DNA of 64,000 nucleotides from IMG/VR virus record IMGVR_UViG_3300015371_000018. The stretch is one strand, 5' to 3'. Source of the stretch: an uncultured virus (IMG/VR IMGVR_UViG_3300015371_000018) (Duplodnaviria; Heunggongvirae; Uroviricota; Caudoviricetes). Shown here piece by piece: positions 29,265-37,038 of this stretch; positions within the stretch are counted from its first letter, which is position 1, and every line of letters begins with the position of its first letter. Below the pieces are notes generated by a model, which had not been told where the DNA came from, did not search any database, and saw only the letters and a program-made list of their open reading frames with translations. Position numbers and translations under genes: made by a program.

Positions 29265-29774
29265 TTACTCGTCGTCCGAGCCGCCGCCCTTGAACGGAGA
29301 CTTACGGGTTTTGTTCTTGCTCCCCTTCGGGCGACCCGGCCCACGCCCGCTCTTTTTAGGCGCTGACTTTGTGGTGGTCTTTTTATTAGTCGAACCCTTG
29401 GGGCGACCGGGACCGCGCTTCTTACCGCTACCCGGTGGGCGACCACGCCGCTTCGGAGCTTCCTCAGCCGTTTCCTTCTTAGGCCGACCAGGCTTACGGC
29501 CAGAACCCTTCGGACGGCCACGCTTCGGCTTAGCAGCCGCGCTACCCACGCTAACAATCAGCTTGGGCGGCTGTGGCTCTTCCTCAACATCAACATGCTC
29601 GATGCTAGATTCCTCAATTACTTCAAATCCAGCTTCGTAGTCAACTTCCACACCTTGCTCTGTCGCTGCATCAAGAAACCCTTCAAGGGCCTCAGCGCTA
29701 TCCGCCGCGTCAACCTCACCTAAAGACTCAAGGTTTTCGTCGTCATCGGCGACATAGATTTTATAAATAGGCAT
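29265..29774 (-). CDS. multi-AT-hook DNA-binding protein (acidic N-domain plus five GRP hooks)
   Basis: KRGRPKGS, KPGRPKK, RRGRPPGS and two GPGRPKGS; strong AGGAGG RBS. Confidence 0.8.
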   Translation of the reverse strand: MPIYKIYVADDDENLESLGEVDAADSAEALEGFLDAATEQGVEVDYEAGFEVIEESSIEHVDVEEEPQPPKLIVSVGSAAAKPKRGRPKGSGRKPGRPKKETAEEAPKRRGRPPGSGKKRGPGRPKGSTNKKTTTKSAPKKSGRGPGRPKGSKNKTRKSPFKGGGSDDE

Positions 29775-29809
29775 TATGTACCTCCTTTGCTGGTTAAATG
29801 CCCTGTCGC

Positions 29810-30628
29810 CTACCGGCGGCGACGAACTTTAGTGGTGCCTTTAGAGCGCTTTCGCCCGGAGCGCACCTTTGTTTCTCCATCCTCGCCGCTACTACGGCTA
29901 CTACGGAATTTTGCTTTTGTCTTCCCACCAGACTTTTTACGCTCTCCCCATGGATTTGCTTTCTTGCCTTCCTCTACTGCTTTGGCATCTCCGCGATCCT
30001 TCGGAGAGACATAAAACTCTTCGAACTCTGGCGGCTTCACATAGAAGGTTAAATCAGGCTTTGTTTCTGCCAGTTGCTTGTCTTCCTTCGACATTGGCTC
30101 AGCGCCATCACCGGCAGGCTCAATTTCATATTCGGTCTTGAGCTTAACGCCATCACGGGTGATTTCCCAATCCCGCGACATAAGACCATATCGAGAATGC
30201 TTCTTAGCTAATTTATCTCCAACCTTGACGCCACCAGTCCAGACAACAACCTGATCTTTTTCATCAAGAACCTTGCCGTTGTCATCGACTTCAGGATAAT
30301 CACGGACGATAGCGCAGACATAGAATTTATATCTAATATCTAGCTCGTCGCGGCAGCCAGGGCAAGGCACACCTTTTTCATCCTGATCGAGACAGGGAAC
30401 GTCGAGATAATACGTACTTCCATCGTCGCGCTCGAAAGGCGTGTTATGCACATATGCATCCTTGAAGTCTTCGCCCTCTTCAAGAAAACGCATGACAACA
30501 GTTTCGCCGTCTTCAATCGTCAAAAATTTCTTGCCGCCGCTCATTTTGCTATCGACGCGCTTTTTGGCACGTGCAACTTTTCCTAAAGTGCGGCCTGGCT
30601 TTTCTGTGCGGGATCTTGTTCTTGCCAA
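29810..30628 (-). CDS. single-stranded DNA-binding protein (gp32-like, Zn site)
   Basis: FL.IEDGE..VMRFL, H...PC...PCPGC, RDWEITRDG..TEY; follows primase. Confidence 0.8.
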   Translation of the reverse strand: MARTRSRTEKPGRTLGKVARAKKRVDSKMSGGKKFLTIEDGETVVMRFLEEGEDFKDAYVHNTPFERDDGSTYYLDVPCLDQDEKGVPCPGCRDELDIRYKFYVCAIVRDYPEVDDNGKVLDEKDQVVVWTGGVKVGDKLAKKHSRYGLMSRDWEITRDGVKLKTEYEIEPAGDGAEPMSKEDKQLAETKPDLTFYVKPPEFEEFYVSPKDRGDAKAVEEGKKANPWGERKKSGGKTKAKFRSSRSSGEDGETKVRSGRKRSKGTTKVRRRR

Positions 30629-30683
30629 TTTATTTACTCCTAAGCTTTAATAAGCTGTCCGAAGACGTTTCGTACTTGACGGG

Positions 30684-30713
30684 ATCATAGCACGGGACTA
30701 TCGGGGATTGCAA
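30684..30713 (-). promoter_or_regulatory. sigma70-like promoter for ssb (TTGCAA-18-TATGAT, extended TG)
   Basis: TGCTATGAT at 30692-30684 overlapping the primase stop. Confidence 0.6.
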
Positions 30714-31812
30714 CGTAGTTTGTACTGGCCTCGGCATTATCGATTAGCTGCTGAGCTTCATCGTCCTTGCCATCCCGCATCATATCTGCCGGATCGCCTT
30801 CATGCGGACCGACGATATAGACCTTCATGAACGGTTCTAAAAGGTCCACAATTCCACGATGCTCTGTGCCGTCCTTGCTTGTCCATCCCCAGGTCGCGGC
30901 GTGTCCTGCATTGTCGTGATCCAGAAATAAATACGCCAAAGTAAAATGATCGCGGATCAGTTTAGCTTGCCTATCGCTCATGCTAGAACCGCTGATCGAA
31001 ATGGCGTTATGTAAACCCATCTGATTCATTGCTATGACATTTAATTCTCCTTCGCAAATAATCGCTGAAAAGCTTCCTGCTGCTCTGTGGAGCCCGAAGA
31101 CATGGTGAGACTTGTCAAAAGTTGAAAAATCATAGCTACGTCCGCCCAGGACGAGGTACTTAGGTTTATGACCTTCTCGCCAGGCACGTGCCTTGAACCC
31201 CACAAGTAATCCATCCTTATCCCGCACGGGGATAACCCATCTTTCGGAGGTTGCGTCATAGCCGATTTCCCATTCCTTGAGAGTATCTATCTCGAATCCA
31301 CGACCAATTAAATACTGAGCGGCATCAGAATCATCCTGCTGTACCTTATCCCAATTCACCGCAAAAGGATATAGACAAGCTTCGTCTAGGTATGGATCAG
31401 CTTCGTAGGAGCGCTGTCGCATTTCCTCGAACTTCCTACGCCGCTGTTCAAACTCTGCCGAGATAGTGCCGCCCTTTGGAGAACGGAAATCGCTGGCATA
31501 CTCTCGCCGCAGCCAGGTAGCAGCTTCAAATTTACTTATATCCTCGTGCTCTGAGAGGAACGAGATGGCATTGCCTGAGCGATTGCAGCCGTGGCACTTC
31601 CATTTAGTAGCTCGCTCTGGCTCGACTACACCCGTGTTCATGTAGGCCGATGGGTTCTCGTCGCCGTGCGAATGGCCTGAGAAGGGGCAAGAGAATTTAA
31701 GCTCATCGGTACGCGCCTGAGATATATTCATTATGTCAAGCGTTTCAAGGAAGTCCTGCACATCGACCTTGTGCAGCCATTCGCTTGCTTTGAGTCTACG
31801 TCTACGCGGCAT
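30685..31812 (-). CDS. dnaG: DNA primase
   Basis: zinc finger CPF..H...CHGC, VGFKAR, KYL, ICEGE, Toprim LDHDNAG, DP.D. Confidence 0.92.
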   Translation of the reverse strand: MPRRRRLKASEWLHKVDVQDFLETLDIMNISQARTDELKFSCPFSGHSHGDENPSAYMNTGVVEPERATKWKCHGCNRSGNAISFLSEHEDISKFEAATWLRREYASDFRSPKGGTISAEFEQRRRKFEEMRQRSYEADPYLDEACLYPFAVNWDKVQQDDSDAAQYLIGRGFEIDTLKEWEIGYDATSERWVIPVRDKDGLLVGFKARAWREGHKPKYLVLGGRSYDFSTFDKSHHVFGLHRAAGSFSAIICEGELNVIAMNQMGLHNAISISGSSMSDRQAKLIRDHFTLAYLFLDHDNAGHAATWGWTSKDGTEHRGIVDLLEPFMKVYIVGPHEGDPADMMRDGKDDEAQQLIDNAEASTNYVAIPDSPVL

Positions 31813-32284
31813 TTAATTCTTTGCGGATCTTCATCAGGATCTTGCCCAAATGATTCTCGCCGATCCTATAGAAATGCTTACGCTCGTAGCACGTGCAGTT
31901 GCCCCAATACTGATCGTGCCACGTATTGTCTTCCCGTAGAATCGCCTCGCCGGTAGCCAGTAGCCAGGCGGCAAGCTCAGGATGGTCATTGAACTTCTGA
32001 CGGACCAGGCCCTCCATCACCTTTACTTTAATACCATCCCAATTCTTCAGTAACGTGACTTCTTTGCCGCGCTGCTTGGCGACTCCCGGCGTAGGCGAAG
32101 AAAAAATGTATTTCTTTTCAAATGGGTTCTTTGTCTTAGCAGCCTGAAACTCCATCTCAACAGACGTACCATCAGGCTCAATATAAAAGTTGCTAGGAAC
32201 GCCATGTATCCAGCGTTGTCCATCGCGCCAGGTGAATTCATTAATCTCTTTAGCGTCTTCTGGCGGGGGATCATAGGCTTTCAT
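31802..32284 (-). CDS. NADAR (YbiA-like) family protein
   Basis: SNFY, SVE..FQAAK, AK..G, W..IK..VM...V..KF..HPEL...LLATG, D.YWG, G.N.LG.ILM. Confidence 0.9.
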   Translation of the reverse strand: MKAYDPPPEDAKEINEFTWRDGQRWIHGVPSNFYIEPDGTSVEMEFQAAKTKNPFEKKYIFSSPTPGVAKQRGKEVTLLKNWDGIKVKVMEGLVRQKFNDHPELAAWLLATGEAILREDNTWHDQYWGNCTCYERKHFYRIGENHLGKILMKIRKELNAA

Positions 32285-32868
32285 AGATTATTCGCCACCA
32301 CGCCCCAAGGATCATCGTCTTCATTGATGATCTGCCGCATAGCACGCATTTTATGTTGCACCCAATATAAATTAAAGACTGGTATCTCGTACATATTGGC
32401 CAGCCGAATCGCTTGACCTGTGCCGCCTGTACTAGTGCCAGTTTCGTCTGTAGCTCCATCAGGCGTCCAGCAAATAACCATCTTCACCGGATCGTCTAAA
32501 TCCCATCCGAGTACCTGATGCATGTTGCGGGCATGTAGCTTTTGCGCTGCCTCACTGCACTTTAGCCAAGCCGGATGGATTTCTGCGGCAAGCTCATATG
32601 CCTCGCGCTTGGGCGGACACCACTTGGAGTGCAATCCATTAAATCCATCCCACGGCAGGTATAGCTCCAACACACCGCCGCGACCGGAGTAATCAATTAA
32701 ATCAGACTCACAGCCCATGGCAAATGCATGATCAGCGCCATCAGCACCGCCTGTTCTGAGTATCCAGTCATGATCGGCAAATGACTTGCCGAGTAGACAC
32801 ATTAAGTTAAGGATCGACTGCGGGGTTTTGCGCGAGCCGATCCCCGCATACGCTTTCTTGGCTTCCAT
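32281..32868 (-). CDS. SLOG (DprA/YpsA-like) family protein
   Basis: YAGIGSRKTP, LRTGGADGAD, LHARN, GGTGQA..LA, IPVFNL. Confidence 0.85.
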   Translation of the reverse strand: MEAKKAYAGIGSRKTPQSILNLMCLLGKSFADHDWILRTGGADGADHAFAMGCESDLIDYSGRGGVLELYLPWDGFNGLHSKWCPPKREAYELAAEIHPAWLKCSEAAQKLHARNMHQVLGWDLDDPVKMVICWTPDGATDETGTSTGGTGQAIRLANMYEIPVFNLYWVQHKMRAMRQIINEDDDPWGVVANNL

Positions 32869-34205
32869 GGATTATCTTCGCCTTTGAGTTCATCCGCGAC
32901 CTGCAATTTATCTTGCTCTCGCCTAGTCTTACGTCCCTTGAACTTGGGATTCTTCAGCTTACCATCATCATTTCTTTCAGGGAAGCGTTCGGCCACGCCT
33001 TTTTCTTGGATGACATGGCGCTCTAACTGCCAGCGCAGTTTCGTACTGGTCTTGCGACCGTCCCTGTTCTTGAGCAGCATAGCCTTCATTTCCTGCTGCG
33101 CTTCGTCTTCCTCGTCCTGATTGAGTCCAATAAGTAAATCGGAGTCCTTGCCAACAGATTGATAGGAAACGTTCGCAAGGCTAGCCTCACCCTTGCCGCC
33201 CTCGCGGTTAAGCTGAGCAGCCGAGATATGAGGGACGCGAAAGAGTCTCGCATTTTGCTTAAGACCCTGCGTCGTGTATTGGACCTGTTCCCAATGCGCT
33301 CCCCCAATTCCTTTCGGCGTCCGCATTAATTCCATGTAGTCCGTAATTACTACATCTGGCTTGTACCGCAAGAGTTTTGCTGCCACATTATCGACAGTGC
33401 AGTTTCGGATATCGTCAATGATGTAGATATCGCGCTCGTGTCGATCCTCGTGAGCCTGTTCGGCCAGCTTTTCCCATTGCTCACGATCCCCAATATCAAG
33501 TTCGAGGGCTTTGAGCGAATGGTATTTAAAATTAGTGGCCATAGTGTCAAGCGAACGTAGGATTGCTTCGGCTTCCATCTCAAGGGAGATATATACAGCC
33601 GTCTTTTTCTGCAAATAAGCTGAATACGCGACATGCTGTAGAAGCTTTGATTTTCCCACGCCTAGATAGGCGACTACAGTAACCAATTCATGCGGCTGTG
33701 CTCCAAGCGTTTCCCGGTCAAAAGAGGGAATACCCATCATCACACCTGGCGGCATCCCTTCCTTCTTACGCTTATCGTATTCCTTTATCCGCTCAAGCCC
33801 CTCAGAAAATTTCTTGACGCGGGGTGCTGGCACTACATCTACCAGCTTGCGAGCCATCTCAAGCGCAACTAGCTCTATTTCATTAATCTGCTCTGGATCT
33901 TCTAGAGCTTCGTGGAAGTCGCGGACAAGATCAATTGCCTCGCGCTCCTTGACAGTCGTTACGAATTGATCAATGAAATAGGGGAGGGTGTTGCGATCTA
34001 CCGCTACCTTGAAATCAGGGAATTCTTTGCGGACAACCTTGGCTGTTGCGGTAGATTTGTACTTCCGCCAATGGTCTAGCAGGAAATCATATATCTCTTC
34101 GCATTCCTCATCAGCGAAATGATCTAACTCAATTCCTCGTGCAATCGCTGTATCAAGATCGCCAGATTGAATTATTTTGCTGATTAGCCCCCGCTCAGCA
34201 TCCAA
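32802..34205 (-). CDS. dnaB: replicative DnaB-like helicase
   Basis: Walker A AYLGVGKS, ISLEM, DY, AQLNR, KNRDG. Confidence 0.92.
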   Translation of the reverse strand: MDAERGLISKIIQSGDLDTAIARGIELDHFADEECEEIYDFLLDHWRKYKSTATAKVVRKEFPDFKVAVDRNTLPYFIDQFVTTVKEREAIDLVRDFHEALEDPEQINEIELVALEMARKLVDVVPAPRVKKFSEGLERIKEYDKRKKEGMPPGVMMGIPSFDRETLGAQPHELVTVVAYLGVGKSKLLQHVAYSAYLQKKTAVYISLEMEAEAILRSLDTMATNFKYHSLKALELDIGDREQWEKLAEQAHEDRHERDIYIIDDIRNCTVDNVAAKLLRYKPDVVITDYMELMRTPKGIGGAHWEQVQYTTQGLKQNARLFRVPHISAAQLNREGGKGEASLANVSYQSVGKDSDLLIGLNQDEEDEAQQEMKAMLLKNRDGRKTSTKLRWQLERHVIQEKGVAERFPERNDDGKLKNPKFKGRKTRREQDKLQVADELKGEDNPWKPRKRMRGSARAKPRSRSLT

Positions 34206-34206
34206 T

Positions 34207-34668
34207 TTACTTCTTATCCTTCTGGTTCTGCTTCCGCACAGATTCCTCGACAGCTTCCCGATCTTCCGCGATTACTTCCTCAAGTAGAGCTTGCCCGACC
34301 GCGATGTTGTTTTTGTGGGCAGCGGCAATCGATTCCTGCTCATCATCAAAGTCGTCAGGATCGACACCGGTAATTTTATGAAGACCAGGATCTTCAACCC
34401 AACGGGTGACAGCAACAGGCCCAATCGTAACATTCGCGTACTGTGCAACAGGGACAAGCTCCGAGCCCTGATTGGTAATTTTAATCGCCGGAAGACCGTT
34501 CTCGCCGATAACATGGCCCTCTTCTATTTTAACGCCGCGATGCTCCACTGATTTAACAACTTTATTCCGGCTAGATTCCGTGTCTTCTACTCGTGGCTTC
34601 GTCCTGCTGACCTTGGCCTTTCCTTTAGCCGGAGCAGTACGACGCCTGCGCTTAACTGTTTGCGCCAA
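34207..34668 (-). CDS. hypothetical protein with basic N-terminal tail
   Basis: GAAAGGA RBS before TTG 34668; MAQTVKRRRR...; ELVPVAQYANVTIGP core. Confidence 0.7.
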   Translation of the reverse strand: MAQTVKRRRRTAPAKGKAKVSRTKPRVEDTESSRNKVVKSVEHRGVKIEEGHVIGENGLPAIKITNQGSELVPVAQYANVTIGPVAVTRWVEDPGLHKITGVDPDDFDDEQESIAAAHKNNIAVGQALLEEVIAEDREAVEESVRKQNQKDKK

Positions 34669-34681
34669 AACGATCCTTTCT

Positions 34682-35284
34682 CTATGCCGCGTTTTGTTTA
34701 GCGGCTTCTGCTTTACGTTGCGCCCGCAAACGACGCTGTGCCTTAGCACCAGAAGTCTGAGAATAATTCTTTTTCTTCTGCTTCTGTCGCTCTTCTCTTA
34801 AAGCACTTGGCGGAATCTCAAATCCCTCTAACTTAAATGCTTGGGTAAGAGCGCGAATCAAACCTTCAATCGACTGATAGCGAGTGATCGGTAAAAGCTC
34901 TTCTGCAATCTGCTCGATATACCAGCCACGATTTGCCCATTGTCTTGCCATGTCCATATGAACAGGCTGCAAATAACGAGGCTTACGCATGTGGCTTACA
35001 TGCTTTTTAATATCATCCTCATCAGGTTGGTATCGAGATAAAGCAGAACCGGGATGAAGATTGTTTTTCTTCATCCATTCAACAATTCCGTTCTTGCCAT
35101 GGACTTGCTTGTGTGTCCAAGCTCGCCAATTCCTGATTCGACGCTGAGGCATTAGCCGTTTAGGTAGCCGACCTTCGCGTTCCCATTTACGGACAGTCGA
35201 GTTTCTGCGATGGATTATTTCGCATAGCTCGTCTATATAAATAAATCCATCCTCTTTGGGAGGGGTCCATTGCCGTGACGCCAT
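34682..35284 (-). CDS. MerR-like HTH DNA-binding protein
   Basis: IDELCEIIHRRNSTVRKWEREGRLP...R.RNWRAW is a MerR-type wHTH; possible second HTH near the C-terminus. Confidence 0.75.
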   Translation of the reverse strand: MASRQWTPPKEDGFIYIDELCEIIHRRNSTVRKWEREGRLPKRLMPQRRIRNWRAWTHKQVHGKNGIVEWMKKNNLHPGSALSRYQPDEDDIKKHVSHMRKPRYLQPVHMDMARQWANRGWYIEQIAEELLPITRYQSIEGLIRALTQAFKLEGFEIPPSALREERQKQKKKNYSQTSGAKAQRRLRAQRKAEAAKQNAA

Positions 35285-35292
35285 GACGCGGG

Positions 35293-35301
35293 ATCATAGC
35301 A
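35293..35301 (-). promoter_or_regulatory. extended -10 promoter (TGCTATGAT) for the replication operon, near-leaderless
   Basis: 8 nt upstream of ATG 35284; same 9-mer as at 21233 and 30684. Confidence 0.65.
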
Positions 35302-35304
35302 TGA

Positions 35305-35446
35305 AGCAGCACACCCCCTCTACCGCGCTTCAGGGGTCTGCCTTCGGAGTGAGGGTACAAAGGCAGTGAGGGGTAACGGGGGTGTGCTAGGGTGTCGCCT
35401 GTGTCGAGAGCGACTGCCGCAGTGTAGCACTCTCGCGGGCGATACC
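35305..35446. ncRNA. candidate structured non-coding RNA (two long hairpins)
   Basis: AGCACACCCCC/GGGGGTGTGCT outer stem with inner CTGCCTT/AAGGCAG; second stem GGTGTCGCCTG/CGGGCGATACC; TGCTACACT minus-strand promoter at 35429-35421. Confidence 0.5.
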
Positions 35447-35546
35447 TCAAGGTTGACCGAATTTGTCGCCAAGGACTCGTCGCTTATCCCGTTAGAGGGG
35501 ATATTAGCCCGTGGTGAAACACGATGGGCATGGGTTCAACTAATTA

Positions 35547-36035
35547 TTAAGTTGAAGGGCGGCTAAAGGGGTCCATAGACCTAATATCTGCGGCTGTGAC
35601 CGCAGTTTTTCTAACAAATGGATTCGCTAGCTGCCCAGCTAAGATAGCTTTGGTACAGAGTTCATCTGCCAGAGAATTATTCTCTCTTCTGTGCCAGTTT
35701 AATTCCCAGCTATCTTCGAAATGTTTACGTAAAACATCTTCTGCTTCTGCTGCAAGACATTTCATCTTGAAATCTTTTCTCTTCCAACCCTGATTGATTT
35801 GCCCTTCAACCAGTTTTGAATCAGTAAAAATCTCAAGTTCTGTAGCTCCACACTCAGCAGCATATTTAACTCCTACAATGAGGCCATAATATTCGGCTTC
35901 GTTATTGGTTTTGAAACCGATGTGTCGAGCTAGGGTGTACTCGTCGCCATTCTCCATTTGAATGACGCATGCAAATCCCGCAGGACCGGGGTTAGAAGGT
36001 CGGCAGCCGCCATCAAAAAACAGTTTTCCGCGCAT
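35547..36035 (-). CDS. rnhA: ribonuclease HI
   Basis: FDGGCR.SNPGPAG, TNNEAEY, TDSKLV..Q, RE.N..AD.L motifs. Confidence 0.93.
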   Translation of the reverse strand: MRGKLFFDGGCRPSNPGPAGFACVIQMENGDEYTLARHIGFKTNNEAEYYGLIVGVKYAAECGATELEIFTDSKLVEGQINQGWKRKDFKMKCLAAEAEDVLRKHFEDSWELNWHRRENNSLADELCTKAILAGQLANPFVRKTAVTAADIRSMDPFSRPST

Positions 36036-36109
36036 TAGATGAATTGTTTAAGCACTATGACCACTATCAATAGTGCGAAGGCTAGCAGGGAAATAAAGAA
36101 AATAAACAT
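36035..36109 (-). CDS. 24-aa hydrophobic membrane peptide
   Basis: MFIFFISLLAFALLIVVIVLKQFI; its stop overlaps the RNase H start (TAATG). Confidence 0.55.
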   Translation of the reverse strand: MFIFFISLLAFALLIVVIVLKQFI

Positions 36110-36110
36110 G

Positions 36111-36335
36111 GGTGAACCAGGGGGCGCGACCGTATCTAGTAACGAGGGTTAGGCTGCACATGAATTTAACCCGCCCTCCGACGCGATTCCCCCTGGTCAC
36201 CTGATAAGACCCTGAACACCCTATTTTGTTGGGTATTGTTAGGGCCTTACGATTGTATCAAAAGAAGAGCCGAGGCTGTATCTGCTCTTCTAAGGCTAGG
36301 TGAAGAATCCCAGCCACAGATACAACCCCGGCTCT
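36111..36335 (-). ncRNA. candidate structured RNA(s): three consecutive long hairpins
   Basis: stems at 36111-36200, 36204-36249 and 36266-36335 (19 bp, G-U pairs on the minus strand, followed by TCTTTT); TGATACAAT at 36260-36252. Confidence 0.55.
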
Positions 36336-36349
36336 ATTAGTCTACCTAA

Positions 36350-36925
36350 TTAGGCAGTCTGCGGCACGCACGCGATATGCGGGGTAGCCACATCTTCATC
36401 GAAACCGTCTGGATTAAAGACGATTGCGAAATACGACTGAGCGTCGGGCGAGTCAAGCACTAACGTCGCAAACACGACGAAAGAGTTGGGCTCGTTATCC
36501 CCGGCCTGCTCGAATGAAGTCCAGCCACCAACAGCAATTTCGCCAGGATCGCAAGATGCCGACACCTGAACGATATTCGAGCCGTTAGCTCCGTTAACTC
36601 CAACTTCCTCAGACTCACCCACATGATAAGTTAAACCAGGCAGTGCGGGCTGATCGGTACCCGGACCCTGAGGGCCAGTATTACCGAGTTCACCCTTGCT
36701 GCCAGGCACACCCTGCGGGCCAGCCGGTCCCTGCGGACCACGCGGACCAGTAATAGATCCCTTGAAATCTTTCTTCGTGAGGGATTTATTCTTAATGTCC
36801 TTGCCGGTCAGAGAACTATTCTTGACCGACTTGCCGGTGATTAAATTAGCCGCACCGGCAGGCACAGCGATAGCGGCTGCCACTAAGGCAAGTCCGACTA
36901 TCCAAAGAATCCTTCGTTGAAACAA
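36350..36925 (-). CDS. secreted collagen-like protein
   Basis: GGAGG RBS plus TTG 36925; signal peptide; ITGKSVKNSSLTGKDIKNKSLT repeats; Gly-X-Y run; C-terminal ASC.PGE.AVGG...AC domain. Confidence 0.8.
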   Translation of the reverse strand: MFQRRILWIVGLALVAAAIAVPAGAANLITGKSVKNSSLTGKDIKNKSLTKKDFKGSITGPRGPQGPAGPQGVPGSKGELGNTGPQGPGTDQPALPGLTYHVGESEEVGVNGANGSNIVQVSASCDPGEIAVGGWTSFEQAGDNEPNSFVVFATLVLDSPDAQSYFAIVFNPDGFDEDVATPHIACVPQTA

Positions 36926-37002
36926 AACTACCTCCGTACTTTTGCACCTCAAGCCCTTTGCCCGAGGCTGCGAGTCCAGCGGGTCTGAGCACCGCTGAGG
37001 GC

Positions 37003-37011
37003 AGCCTAACA
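37003..37011 (-). promoter_or_regulatory. putative extended -10 promoter (TGTTAGGCT) with structured 5' UTR
   Basis: intergenic; followed by hairpins CAGCGG/CCGCTG and GCCTCGGGC/GCTTGAGGT. Confidence 0.4.
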
Positions 37012-37038
37012 CACTTCCGCGTATTTCGCCACTGTGAC

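Noticed and set aside
35187..35566. ORFs 35187-35450 (-) and 35366-35566 (+) as real genes
   Set aside because: No RBS or motifs, and they overlap promoters and long stems; a non-coding interpretation fits better.
36930..37000. GGGCAAA…GCAAAAG resembling a c-di-GMP-I riboswitch in the collagen gene leader
   Set aside because: The GNRA tetraloop/receptor and P1 architecture are not evident; treated as an ordinary structured UTR.
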